Translations under genes and position numbers: made by a program
Notes under the pieces: model-generated
Told to the model about the DNA's origin: nothing
Databases searched by the model: none
Seen by the model: the letters and a program-made list of their open reading frames with translations, nothing else
In this document: positions 40,136 to 53,474 of the stretch, in pieces
How positions within the stretch are numbered: the stretch's first letter is position 1
Layout of the letters: each line of letters begins with the position of its first letter
Source of the DNA: Octopus sinensis
Taxonomy: Eukaryota
Direction of reading: 5' to 3'
DNA: 64,000 nucleotides
Assembly: GCF_006345805.1 (NCBI RefSeq)
Contig: NC_043004.1
Location: 84,444,001 to 84,508,000 of the forward strand

Positions 40136-40578
40136 CGTTCAGATGAAGAGAGAGGAAGGATTGAGACAATGAGGGACTGAAGAAATTAGAAATAAAATTG
40201 CCGATATCAACGGAGGCGCGTGACTGGATGTCCTGCGTGCACGGCCAGCCCGAAAATGTATGTGTAGCCTGCGACAGATAAGGTCGAGCGTAATTGGCGC
40301 GAGACGGAAGTAGTACTGCTGAGCCTGATATCGGAGAGATGTTCGGGGAAGCAAACAGCTTACCAGCGGCAAGTCTGACTTGTATGTGTGTGTGTGTGTG
40401 TACGTGTGGGTGGGTGGTTGCGTTTGTGTGTGTATGAATATGTGTGCGCTTGTGTGAAGCTTGCACATACTCGCATCTGATAGCTTCACACACATATGTA
40501 AGGCATCCATATAATCTCCCACACATTAACACGTCCACAGACACACACGGTCCCATAATCTTCATACTCACACACACA

Positions 40579-40634
<56 letters not shown>

Positions 40635-40670
40635 CACACAGACATACATATATATATATATATATACCAG

Positions 40671-40770
40671 CTTAGGCACGGTGGCGTGGTTGCGTTAGCT
40701 ACGCTATAACGTGGTCTCCGGTTCATTCCCGCAATGCAATACACTGGACATATATTTCATATTATTTCCC
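40671..40770 (+). mobile_element. Decayed SINE family B-like head
   Basis: 'taggcacggtggcgtggttgcgttagctacgct..tccggttcattcccgc'. Confidence 0.55.
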
Positions 40771-40948
40771 CGCTTCCACTTGTAATCCATTTATAAGCGT
40801 ATCGAGCGAAGAACCAGGGAAGAAAATGAAACCAGAAGATTAAGAACCTTTAGATGCATAGCAGGCCTGATTTGTTCGAGACCAGCCTACAATGCCGTGC
40901 TTTGGCATGGCTGCAGACAAATGACTAAACTAATGAATGAGTTAAATA

Positions 40949-41029
<81 letters not shown>

Positions 41030-42240
41030 CGTACAGCCCGTCACGTATTTCAACATAGTTATGTTGATCTTCTTTTATGTTATCGCGATAAAAGCAGTTC
41101 AAGTTTAGAATTTACTAAAGTTGTAGTTATATTAATTAGTTTAAATAATTGATTTACCAAAACCTTTGTGCTATACTGTCATTCTGTAAATCTAAAGTAA
41201 CTACTTTTACATTGTGTCTGTAGGTGCGTCTACATTTCATTGTTATTTCGACACAATTATAACTTACATGTGGTAAATACAACGTAATTACGTTAGAAAC
41301 ACGTTTGCTAAAGTTTTACTATGTCGAATAATGTTAGGTGTACCATTTATTGTGTTGCATTGAATGTACGAGAACATTACGCTGTATTCAGTGAGGCTTG
41401 TTAAATTAGACAAGGTTAAAGCTGCTTCAATTGGCCTGCAGGAACAACACTCGTGTCGGTATTTCTACATAACATACCTTTCACTGAAAACTATTTCCGT
41501 AGGAGCGTGGAAATATGTAATTAAATTAAAGCAGGTGCATCATTATTGATTCTGTGCAGTATATGGTAAGTTGCTGCCAAAACGACTCTGAAGAAGTTGA
41601 TGGAGTATTCCATATGCAATTATATTTGATTCAAGGAAACCTTTTTTTTCTTCTTGGACAAATTAGCTAACATAAGTTTACGTTACATTGTAAAATAAAC
41701 ATAACTTATTTAGATTAACACATCAGTAATATGTAAGTAGAGAGCGAAAAATTATTATGGTAATGTTGTATGTGTCATAATGTGGATGATGCAATCACAT
41801 TGAAAGTAATTTCGGCATGCTGGTGAGTGAATATTGCGTAGTTTACCCAAGTTTCTATACATAATTACATATCACATAAGATTTTATTTGTCACTAAACA
41901 ATGTATAAACAATGATAAATCTCAGGATGTATAAACAATTGAATTATTTCAGTAACACGTAACGTTATTCTAGAACAATATGTCTTCCCTATACACAAAT
42001 CAATTGTAAATAATCCAGTCCTCGGTGAGTGAAAAGGAAAATGAAGAGAGATCCAGAATGACAGGGAGAATGGGAGACTGTGAGCGGGTGGGCCATGATA
42101 TGCAAAGAGAACTGAAGAACAATCTGAGAATTTAAGAGGCAGAGATACAGATCAGACAAAAGTTGGATTTTATGATATGCAAAATCTATGCGCCCAACGT
42201 TTTCAAAATGAGATTGGAGTAATCATTTCTATTTTTTTAT

Positions 42241-42660
42241 TTCTTATCAGTTTCAGCTCAAAGATGTGGCCATGCTGGGGCATCACCTTAAAATGTCTTT
42301 AGTAGAACAAATCGAGCACAAGATTTATATTGTTAAGCCTAGTACTTATTCTATTGTTCACTTTTGCCGAGCCGCTAGTTCACACGAACGTAAACATTCC
42401 AACACCGGTCGTCAAGTTGTGGTTGGGTACAAATACAGACCCAAAGACACACACATACAGACATGCATACATACATACATACATACGCACGTGAGGGCAC
42501 ACACACACTAACATATAATATATAGGACGGGGTTCTTCAGTTTCCATCAACCAAATCAATCCACAAGGGTTTGGTCGGTCCCAGGCTGTTGTGGAACCGA
42601 ACCCTGAGGTATGCAGTTGGGAGGCAAGCTTCTTGCCATATAGCCACGCAAGCGCCAATA
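42241..42660 (-). mobile_element. SINE family B, diverged
   Basis: 'tgtggccatgctggggcatcacc..aagcctagtacttattctat..ggtcgtcaag..ttcagtttccatc..ttggtcggtccc..gcaagct'. Confidence 0.83.
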
Positions 42661-42849
42661 ATATGTACGTAGAAATATTTGCAAGATGAAGCATTGCAGA
42701 ACTAAAGATGGGACTGTAATTAAACTAACTCTTTGTTAGTCATATGCAACTGTTAACATGCAGCAGGTATTTACGACTGAAGTCGTGCTTGCCAGGAAGT
42801 CTAAGCTTTATTGATAATCTGGGAAAAAATACTTGTATAAAGAAAAACA

Positions 42850-43325
42850 ATTGTGACCACCTTCGGTCATGAATGACCATGGGCACACGTCGGGGCAATG
42901 TTGCTTATGGAAGACCAGCAGTTCCCCAGGCATGCTGGTGTCCCCTCTCTACGCCACCGATGTTATCCAAGGGAAAGGCAAAGGCCGATACAGCTTGGCA
43001 CCAGTGACGTTGCAGCTGATTTATTAACGTGCAAGTGGCTGAGCACTCCACAGATACGTGTGCCCTTACCGTAGTCCTCGGGGAGATTCAGCGTGACACA
43101 GAGTGTGACAATGCTGGCCCTTTGAAATACAGGTGGAACAGAAGCAGGAAGAAAGAGTGAGAGAATGTTGTGATGAAAGAGTACAGCAGGTTTCACCACC
43201 ACACCCTGACGGGCTCGTGGAGCTAGAAGTGTTTTCACTCAACAAACACTCACAATGCCCGGTCTGGGAATCGAAACAGCGATCCTACGACCGCGAGTCC
43301 GCTGTCCTGACCATTGCGATTCCAC
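42850..43325 (-). mobile_element. Chimeric SINE: different tRNA-like head + family C tail module + extra 3' module
   Basis: 43015-43134 matches family C (3290-3404, 35800-35915); 43135-43325 is a different head with B-box 'gtttcgattccc'; 42850-43015 has no match in the other C copies. Confidence 0.75.
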
Positions 43326-43865
43326 AAAGAAAAACACTAAGTAAATATAAAATTACTATTTATAAAGGTAAAATATTTCAAATGTTTACACCAACAATAA
43401 TTATTATTAAAATGGGCGTATTAGGGAAAATAGTAAAACTTTTCGAGGAGAGCGTCGTATGCAAGGAATCCTAATGCTTTGATTTCGTAACAGCTACAAT
43501 CGCTTCAAAAGAGGCAGGCTTGAAACGGGGCTGAATAGAGATCCATGAGGTCTTAAACGGGAGGTCAGAATTGTCATTGACAGTGAGTCTCAGGGAAGAG
43601 GAAATCATAATTGAGGATGGCTGCATGACGATATTTATATACATATATTTGTTCCCAGTTACTCATCAACACGCACGCACACACACATACACACACACAA
43701 ACTCACAGGTATACACATAGGCACACCCACGTACATACACACTTAGAAGTATATAGCTAATTATATATCTTATATATATCTTATATATAATTAATAATTT
43801 GCCTCTACTACCGTACAGGGCTTTCCGCTCGCGTCCTGTAACGTTAATTTTCGAAATAATATCGT

Positions 43866-43915
<50 letters not shown>

Positions 43916-44624
43916 ATACATAAATATATATATATATCCATACTTATAGAAATAGAAATACATTGATATGTGTGAGGGGGCATGTATGTATGCGTATATG
44001 TTTGTGTTCATGTATGAATGTATATGTGTGTATACACATACATTCATATGTGTATGTGTGTGTGTGTGTTTTTATGCCATAATAAAAAAGTGTTTTACAT
44101 CAAAATTGAATGTTTAACCAATATATTTGGTAGAGCACAAATTTACTCTTTTCTAATCTAGTCACAATGCCCGTATGTTTGGCAGAGGGGGGGTACCGGT
44201 AGAATAGAATGACCCCAGTACGAAACTGGTACTAAATTCAATCCACTCCGTAAGAATAAAAAGCAAATTTCTCTGCTTATCACACAAGCAGGAAAAACTA
44301 GTCATCGCTGTCAGATAATTTCTGCGAACACAGCATCACTAGTATTTGACCACACAACTTCTCAGACAGCAACCACCTTGGTTATTATGGGTGTGGTGCA
44401 GTTAAGCAAGAAACCCAACTTGAACGAGGCGCCCGAAGGCGTTGTTGAAACCAATGGCGCTTTTATTGAATACATTTACACTCTTGTATTTGAAGATGTT
44501 TTTATGTAATTTTGGTAAATATATCTGTTAAAATGAGATGTCAGTATTATTTTCATATTTGCGTAATTTGAAAGTCAATTCCTTCACCGCACCCTGTACA
44601 TACATTCCTATATATATATATATT

Positions 44625-45030
44625 CTTTAATATGTTTCAGTTATTTGACAGCAGCCATTCTGTACCACCGCCTTTAGTCAAACAAATCGACCCCATGACT
44701 TATACTTTGTAAACCTAATACTTAATATTTCGACCTCTGTTGCCGAACTGCTAAGTTACGGGGATGCAAACACACAAACATCGGTTGTCAAGCGATTGTG
44801 GAAGACAAACACAAACACACAAAGATACACACCCCACCACAAACACAAATGCATATATATATCTACCATGAAATCTTTCAGTTTCCGTCTACCAAATCCA
44901 CTCAGAAGGCTTCGGTCGGCCTGAGGCTATAATAGAAAACACTTGCCCAAGTTGCCATGCAGCGAAACTGAACCCGGAACCGTGTGGTTGGTAAGCAAGC
45001 TACTAGCGCACAGCCAATTCTCCGCCTATA
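44625..45030 (-). mobile_element. SINE family B
   Basis: Full tail-to-head homology with 26641-27024. Confidence 0.86.
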
Positions 45031-45042
45031 TATATATATATA

Positions 45043-45140
45043 TAGGTCGATGATTTGGTGTGTGGTAAGTAGCTTGGTTACAAACTATATGGTTCCGGTC
45101 TCAGTCTCAATGCATGGCACTTTGAGCAGTATATGTCTCC
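45043..45140 (+). mobile_element. SINE family B head, head-to-head with the previous copy
   Basis: 'atagg..ggtgtgtggtaagtagcttggttac..atggttccggtctcagtctc..ggcactttgagc'. Confidence 0.78.
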
Positions 45141-45566
45141 ATTGAGATTCATATATACACACACACACATAAAGATTGAGAAGCAGAGATACAGCTGAGA
45201 GAGGGCTTGGTGGATAAAAATCAGAGAGGTAGTACACAGTGAAATATATAACACCTTTTTTGATTTTTCTAAAATTAACTCAATATTATTGAAAAATATT
45301 TCAGTATACTTCAAATTTTCATTTGATGTTCTGAAGGATTTTCTCACCAGATATATCACTTTGATAATAAAGAAGGGAAACACACATAAAATAAACAAAA
45401 GTTATCTGATTTTATATCAAAAAGTAGAAAACATATACATAAATTTAATTTTGAATCCATGATAAATATTTACCTTGCATATCTCAACCGCTATAACCAT
45501 TTACATATACAGACAAACGCAACGACACACAAATATATGTGTCTATGATTGCACACACACACAGAT

Positions 45567-45610
<44 letters not shown>

Positions 45611-46259
45611 CTATATATATATATATTTATATAGATAAATAGATGCACACACACATATATATATATATATTAATATATGTGTGGGTATATGTGTGTTTGT
45701 ATCTATGCGTCTGTGCGTGTATATGTGTGGAGATGTAACTGTAAATGATGACAACACATATTTATATATAATTGTATTGCTACGCCTACATGTAAAAAAA
45801 CAATATTCCATATATGCGTGTACGTAGAAACTGAATCTCTCCCATTCGCCATATTTATTTAAATACACAACTTCACATGGAGATTATTACCATTATTGTT
45901 ATTGTTATTGTTATTATTATTTTCTGATGTCTTAGTGAAAATTGTGAAATCCACCTTATCTTCACTCCCGACTTTGATGAAGACACGGAAATGAACTCGA
46001 GAAAGATAGATGACATATTCAATATTAACTTTACACTTTGCGAGGGAAACAGGAAATACTAATATAAATATGATTGTCATCCTGTATACAACTGCAAATT
46101 GCATTTTCTGCATTATTCTTTTAAGTAATGAACCTCAATTGCAGTAATCTAATATACTTATCATTTTTCTTACTCATCAAAATACACCATAATGACAGTA
46201 GGTTATGTATATATGAATTTATGGATCGATGTATTGGCATGTGCGTGTATATGTAGGTG

Positions 46260-46301
<42 letters not shown>

Positions 46302-46302
46302 C

Positions 46303-46377
<75 letters not shown>

Positions 46378-46440
46378 ATATCTATCTATATATATATCTA
46401 TCTATCTATATATATATATATTATATATATATATATATAT

Positions 46441-46474
<34 letters not shown>

Positions 46475-46579
46475 AAAACTGTATTGGGAGAGGAAGAAGA
46501 AACGAAACGAAACGAAACGAATCGAATCGACTCGACGCGAAGGCGCTCAGTCATACAATAGTGTAATAAATAAAATATA

Positions 46580-46643
<64 letters not shown>

Positions 46644-46669
46644 TATATATATTATATATATATTATATA

Positions 46670-46713
<44 letters not shown>

Positions 46714-46929
46714 AAAGGAAAATAGGACAAGATAGAAAAGTAGAAAATGCTAAAATAATTTTATCATGGAGAACGTTTCAGAACTGGTTTCAATCTTTGC
46801 GACTTTTTCAACTTGGTGTACAGCATGAAAAACAATTAAATTGTGGAAAAATTAAATGAAATGATTTTTAAAAAATATATTTCCATAGTTTTCGAATACA
46901 TGGGACAGTTTCCTTTTTATTCCTCTCTT

Positions 46930-46969
46930 TTTCTTTGTCTGTCTGTCTCTCTCACTCTCTCTCTTTCTC

Positions 46970-47006
<37 letters not shown>

Positions 47007-47007
47007 A
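46930..47007. repeat. (CT)n microsatellite
   Basis: Direct reading. Confidence 0.92.
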
Positions 47008-47104
47008 GCTCGCTTGCTGTCTTACTTTTCTGCAGGCTGAGTAGATCTAAAAGATTATTTGGTATGAGTGATGTGAATTCTCGGATTTAGTTACGAATTC
47101 CAAC

Positions 47105-47600
47105 AGCAAAATAGAAACAGATATATACTATAAGCCCAACGACTCCAAGCAATATCTACCGTTCAACACATGCCACCTCAGACACACTAGAATGAATATC
47201 GCCTTCAGCCTAGCAAAAGGGATTTGTACTATAGTTTCTAATACAAACATCAGGGAAACACGACTACTTGAACTAAAGGATATATTCATTACCATAAACT
47301 ACCCACCATACCTAATTGATATAGGCTCCCATCATGGCCTACAACTCAACATCCACGAACTCGGACATCTCAAACAAATGAAGGATTTACAACCAAAACT
47401 CTGCCATACATCTCCACACACAAGCCCCTTACTATTGAAGCCTTCGGTATCATCCACCAAAATATTCTTCTACTAAAAAGTACCGCACAATGAATTTAAT
47501 CCTCCAAATGCACACTATCATGAGGAGCAAAATACAACCCAGATCTATGAAAATCTCCTAACACAAGTCCAAGTACACTCAGCAACAACACTGAAGCCTG
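47105..47600 (+). mobile_element. PLE internal fragment (RT thumb), same family as 2-1004
   Basis: Colinear with 97-570 (IETDIYYKPNDSKQYLPFNTCHLRHTRMNIAFSLAKGICTIVSN..); frameshifted. Confidence 0.9.
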
Positions 47601-47843
47601 CCATACGAGCACCAACAATTTGACATCTTTGAAATTTCCGATAGATCTGTCATTTTAATAAATGTTAATCAACTTTTTGTGATGATATCTGGCACGAAAC
47701 AGCAATTGTAGCAAAACATTTTAAGCAACACTAATAATAAATTAAAAAAAAAAACTAAAAAATAAGCAAGATTTTGACGGTTTTATAACCGTCATAATTA
47801 TTTCAAAATTATGATGCTTATGAGGCTACGTATTTCCATTATT

Positions 47844-47906
<63 letters not shown>

Positions 47907-48061
47907 GTGTACATACATATATATACATATACATATATAATATACGGTGAATTTATGGAAGGAAGTTCTACAAATCCCATCAGATTTATTACAAATGGAG
48001 GAAACAAGTTGTTAAAATGTATAAGAAGATTAATTATTGCAGACGATAGTTTCGTTCATAG

Positions 48062-48062
48062 T

Positions 48063-48150
<88 letters not shown>
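48062..48150. repeat. (AAT)n microsatellite
   Basis: Direct reading. Confidence 0.93.
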
Positions 48151-48988
48151 TATATATTCAAGTTTGAATTAAATTAAATTAATTGAAGAAAGAAACCGTA
48201 ATACAAGGAACTTTAAAAAGAAATATAGCAGAAAAATTGGATCTAGGCTATTTATATTGGTATCCGAGTGAGGAACGGGTGGGAGTCATGTCGAATATTT
48301 AAGCATAATAAGGGCTGCAAAGGTTATTTGAAGATATAAACAAAGAGGTATCGGAGACGTTCCCTCTATAGATGAGTATGGAAATTAGAATTATAGCTCC
48401 ATATAAGTAGCGTAGGGCAAATAAGTATTAGAAATGTCCTCTGGGCAGCCAATCCTGAATTTAAATTAATATTACAACTAACCGTTGAAATCAGTACGTA
48501 GTATAGTGTATTCCTAAAATTCTATACTTAAAAATGAAATTTAGCTTCAGGAAGTTGTATATGAGAGGCTAATACTAGATAGTTAACGTAAACAAATTGC
48601 AGAAGAAATATAGGAAGAAGAATGAGTTAAAGAGTGAAGATGATGTATATAAAGGACTCACGTTTGAATAAAAAATCATGCTAGGTAAGCTAATGTTAGG
48701 CAGTGTGATTTTATCTTGTGGGGATATGTAGAAGATCGGGTTATGTTCCACCGCTAGCTTCGATGTCCTTAAACATTGTGTAACAACAGCGATCAACTCA
48801 GTGGGAGGCATTCTCTTATCGCATTGATGTTACCTGTGCTGCAGGTGGTGGCTACATTGACCACTTGCAAAACAGAAAATAAAAGTTATTTGTGAGTAAA
48901 TACTTCTGAGTTAGCTGGAGTCTTCTATTGCCTTTCCTTATTAAAATATCGCATAATGAAATCGGTTCATTTGTTTTGCATAACCTGG

Positions 48989-49032
<44 letters not shown>

Positions 49033-49369
49033 TGTGTATGTGTGCGCGCACGCGCGTGTGGGTGTGTGGGTGTGCGTGTGTGTGTGTGCATTGGTTATCT
49101 GAAAATGAGGTCAACGGTTCTCGCATATGTGGTCGTGATGCATGCGCATATTGTACCTTCAGAGGATGGGTACTCCCGCTGGGAAAACTGGATTTCACAT
49201 GTGTGTACAAAAGAGTTATATTTGTGATATGTGCTGCTCTAATGAGGACGAGAAGTGTGATGATGATACCAAACTAATACTAAAACTAATATTAATGTTA
49301 ATAATAATAACAACAACAACAATAACTATAATAATACTAACAATACTAATGAGGATGATGTTGATGATT

Positions 49370-49550
49370 GAAATAAAATGCCCGGCAGAGTTCCTGAAGA
49401 AAATTTGCCTTGTAGGGACAGCCAGAATTATCAGAAGGGATCTAAGCACTTCAGAGGCTGCTGGAAACTTGTGGATACCTAAGGTTACAGGTAGCAACAC
49501 GCCCAAGCCACAATTAATAACAAAACCTCTACCTAATAACAAAATATATA
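49370..49550 (+). mobile_element. 3' end of R4/Dong-type (RLE) non-LTR element
   Basis: EIKCPAEFLKKICLVGTARIIRRDL, cf. the C-terminal LQK..LLGTARILR motif; follows AAT/AAC repeats. Confidence 0.75.
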
Positions 49551-50074
49551 CCTAATACGTAATTATAACTTTCAAAAATACAGTCAGTTGGCTAACCGAG
49601 TTACGTATGCAGAGCGTGGCTAACCTAATAAACCAATCTATTCAAGAAATCGAGTGTTGATTTTGTGTTAATACCAATCTTCGAAATTAATAATATCCGC
49701 CACAATACTACCCCTGAGATACCGATACTTATAGCGACAACTGTGTGTTATTTTTAAGTTGAAACTTATGGTTACTTTAGTCATTTCCAAGTTTTTAAGC
49801 CATTGCATTCTGTTAAATGAGATGTCTCCACTTTTCAGCAAATATATAGTTATTGAATTTCTGACTTCCTTTTGACAAAAATCGTTTTATGACCATTACT
49901 AACGCGTTTTAGCCATGGCCACTCAGACATCTGTCAGATAAATGATTATCATTTTATGAAATATATTGGTAGGAGCTTCAGTGTAGATTTCATTGGTATT
50001 TTCAAAGGGTTATTAAGGACTCTTTGATGAAATGGAAACTACGTAACAAATATTGCAATAATGTTTTATATGTT

Positions 50075-50260
50075 CCAGGGAGCCCTGGGAATAGTGAGCA
50101 AAAATATTGAGAGGTACGTGGAACAAAAAAAGGGCTGTAATAAGGGTGGAGCACTTGCAGAAAACAGTATTGCTTGGAACCGCCCCAATACTCCGGAAGG
50201 TGCTCGAAAAATAAGAGGTGTTACCTTAGGTCACTAGTAGTTTTACTTCGCTGTATTAAC
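50075..50260 (+). mobile_element. 3' end of R4/Dong-type element (same family as 32004-33690)
   Basis: GALGIVSKNIERYVEQ..RVEHLQKTVLLGTAPILRKVLEK*; 3' UTR 'gaggtgttaccttaggtcactagtag' matches 32060-32090 reverse complement. Confidence 0.85.
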
Positions 50261-51244
50261 AGAATCGTAGTGGTATTTGAGCAGTATATTGTGTTATGTT
50301 TATTCTCATTTGTACCGAAAAATCTGAAAACACAAATAAAATATTTAAGTGCAAAATGTCTCATATTTTTGTCAGTGCAATATATATCCAAACATTTTCT
50401 GGAATTATAATCTGAAATATATGCAATTCTTCAAATATTAGTTTTCATTTCAAGTTGCTGGCATAAAAAAGGAATAATGTTCGTAATATGCTGATATTAA
50501 CTTTAATATGTTGCTAAGTATACGAATAATTACCACTTGTCTTCAACACCATAAGAATTAAAACATAAGAAATGTAGACGTTTATTTATATTCACTGCTG
50601 ATCACACTCAAGGGATCAACAAATAAAGATACATTAAAGAGGTAGGCTAATAGATAAATTTATCAACCATAATATACCTTATGGCTTATGAATAAAATTT
50701 CATTTTACAACAATGGATTTATTAAGAAAATAAACAAACGTCCGATTAAAATTACATTATATTATGCAACAAATATTTCCGAAAATATGCACTCAGAAAA
50801 TTAACATTCCTGAACATTCCTGCACAAATCTTACATTAATTACAAACAGCTTATGTTTGTTTACCTACATTTTATACTCTTCCGCGTCTCAATAATATAT
50901 TTCAATACGCGCTTATGTGTGTGTGTGTGTGCGTGCATGGTTTTGAACAATATATAGAATATGTGAGTTGGTGATTCTTTGTAAAATTGTTCCTATCTCA
51001 AAATATAATTTTAAATAGAAATTATGCAGGCGCCGACAGGTAAAGTAATACAGAATACAATAAATAAAATCTATCTTCGAATACGTATGATTGTGTATTT
51101 GCTACGATAATATTGAAATTCTTTAAGCCAAGTACCCGTTACATATTGTATAGTTACGAGTATGACGGAGAACGAAACGCCAGCTGGTATTATTCCCTTT
51201 ATTCTAAACGAAGAATTGGGAACCAGCTATTAAATCACACCCCT

Positions 51245-51620
51245 CGTACTACGGGCGAAATGCTTTGTGGTATTTGGTCTGCTGAAGGGCGGCGAGCTGG
51301 CAGAAACGTTAGCACGCCGGGCGAAATGCGTAGCCGTATTTCGTCTGCCGCTACGTTCTGAGTTCAAATTCCGCCGAGGTCGACTTTGCCTTTCATCCTT
51401 TCGGGGTCGATAAATTAAGTACCAGTTACGCACTGAGTCGATGTAATCGACTTAATCCGTTTGTCTGTCCTTGTTTGTCCCCTCTGTGTTTAGCCCCCTT
51501 GTGGGTAGTAAACAAATAGGTATTTCGTCTGCTGCTACGTACGAAGTTCAAACTCTGCATTTCACCCTTTCGGGGTCGATAAATTAAGCACCCGGTGAAG
51601 ACTGGGGATGGTGTCAGATG
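51245..51620 (+). mobile_element. SINE family A dimeric form (young copy from 51286) next to an older head fragment
   Basis: Near-consensus 'ggcggcgagctggcagaaacgttagcacgccgggcgaaatgcgtagccgtatttcgtctgccgctacgttctgagttcaaattccgccgaggtcgactttgcctttcatcctttcggggtcgataaattaagtaccag'. Confidence 0.92.
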
Positions 51621-51793
51621 GTTTGCTACGGTCCGAATATTTGCCATGCAGAGATTTTATTCCATCATATGAGCCAATTGTTCAAGTGCATTTTGCTTTG
51701 CTACTGATTTCATCTTTGGTGAAATAAACTCACTTAGTATTATTGCTGTTGTTTTTATTGTTATTATTATTGTTGTTGTTATAATTCAGTAGT

Positions 51794-51850
51794 CTTATTT
51801 TTATCACGTGATTACACCGCACTAGTGAGCGCAGTTCTGTGTGTCTTGGA
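51794..51850 (-). mobile_element. 3' UTR fragment of the RLE element seen at 55050-55340
   Basis: Reverse complement resembles 'cacagagctgcgctcggtaatgcagtgaaatcacgtgataaaataag' (about 55296-55342). Confidence 0.65.
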
Positions 51851-52690
51851 TATTAGTATTATTGAATTGGATAAAACGTGTTATATTGCTCGTATTAACA
51901 TAACTGCAATATCGACACCACACAACTTGTTGATTTGAAATGATTTATCATAAAACACAAATTCTCGAAATTTTGCAACACCTTATAGCACATTAATATA
52001 TATATATATATCGACACTAGCAAACGCAAATCATGCTTTGGACGGTTTAAGCGTCTTTGGTGGTATTTTTTTCACGAAATAATTGTACTACCGAGAAGGT
52101 TTTTTGTGTAGCAAGGCAAACTATGTTTCCGATTAACCTAGAAACTGGAAACCAAATTGAAGTTTGGTTATTGTGGAGGTCGTTGCCCTTTGATGATCAT
52201 AGAACATATAAGTTTGCAAGAGATGAAAAGTAGAGCTACAGAAATGTTTTGGGAGTAGATTACGGATAATGACTACAAAATATAGTTGTTTTACATGAAA
52301 CCTTTAAAAAGAAGACATGAAGACTTTCACTTCAGTTCATGAATACTGCTTTGAATTATCAGCAGTTCACAGTGAAAATATGTCTCGTTGAAAGGCAGAC
52401 TGATAATTGTGAAGTGGTACTGACGGTAAAAGTTAGCAGGATACACGAATATACGTACTCAAAATAACCACGATGTGCCTTATTGTGAGCAGAGACTTTA
52501 TTTAGAGTTGTCCCCTTGCATATAACGACAGTCACTAATGAGCCATCATGAAGAATTAAAAAGGATCATGTCCGCCATTAACACACGACGAAAATTGGAG
52601 AATAATTGCATTGTATTCGAGATTTTTGCCATTCAGACCAAAGTCACAATACAGTTCTATATTTAAAAAATGTGGAACTATGTACATTAT

Positions 52691-52820
52691 TTACATTATT
52701 TACATTTGACGGATATTTGTCCTCATCTTGCTTGTTGTTAACACAACGTATATCAGCCGAAACATTGCGTCAACAACAAACAAGACGAGGACAAATATCC
52801 GTCAAATGTAAATAATGCAA
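52691..52820. repeat. Inverted repeat, 59-bp arms, 12-nt loop, six mismatches
   Basis: 52691-52749 vs 52762-52820 aligned by hand; loop ATATCAGCCGAA. Confidence 0.95.
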
Positions 52821-53004
52821 AGTCAGAATGTTGCCCAGTCTACACCACGAGGATGTAAACTCTTGTGGACCATTCCATGCCATCCGGCGCCGACCCACGT
52901 CGGTGTGTCAAAACAACTGCTAAAGAGTTGATATGAAAAAGCATATTGATTTATTGGTGAAGGATGTAGCTTTCAAAAATATTGATGAATTGGTGAAGGA
53001 TGTA

Positions 53005-53205
53005 ACCGATGGTGTGGCTTCATCTTGAGAGCAGAGTAGAACTGCAATTACGTCATTTTGGTGTTGGTTAAAGCATCCGTAGTGCTCTCCGATAGGCGTT
53101 CGGTCAAACTTTATGATAACTTTGAAGTTTGACTCGTCTGTATGTAGACATTGTATAGCAATTTTGAAGCCGCTCACATATCCGTTATCATTTACTGAGC
53201 TCGTC
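53005..53205 (-). mobile_element. Helitron Rep/helicase N-terminal fragment
   Basis: NGYVSGFKIAIQ..SNFKVIIKFDRTPIGEHYGCFNQHQNDVIAVLL resembles the Helitron motif NxYVxxFKxA..KVVIxADRxPxGEHxRxFNxPxxxEVA. Recognised from memory. Confidence 0.68.
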
Positions 53206-53238
53206 GAATCGAGACGGTTGCGAAGTATTGTTCCCTTT

Positions 53239-53474
53239 CAAAAGGCGGCGAGCTTGCAGAAACGTTAGCACCCCGGGCGAAATGCGTAGCCGTATTTCGT
53301 CTGCCTTTTACGTTCTGAGTTCAAATTCCACCGAGGTCGACTTTGCCTTTCATCCTTTCGGGGTCGATAAATTATGCACCAGTTACGCACTGGGGTTGAT
53401 GTAATCGACTTTATCCCTTTGTCTGTCCTTGTTTGTCCCCTCTATGTTTATCCCCTGGTGGGCAATAATGACAT
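53239..53474 (+). mobile_element. SINE family A monomer with 16-bp TSD
   Basis: Direct repeat AAGTATTGTTCCCTTT at 53223-53238 and 53475-53490. Confidence 0.93.

Noticed and set aside
41560-41565. Possible 6-nt microexon (tgtgcag|TATATG|gtaagt)
   Set aside because: Such AG..GTAAGT pairs are expected by chance in 64 kb of AT-rich DNA, the pyrimidine tract is weak, and no host gene was identified.
44460-44600. Segment ending CACCCTGTA, like a Tc1/mariner terminus
   Set aside because: No matching opposite terminal inverted repeat or transposase motif found.
45935-46062. Stop-free frame ENCEIHLIFTPDFDEDTEMNSRKIDDIF after an acceptor-like AG
   Set aside because: No recognisable homology or partner exons; needs RNA-seq or BLASTX.
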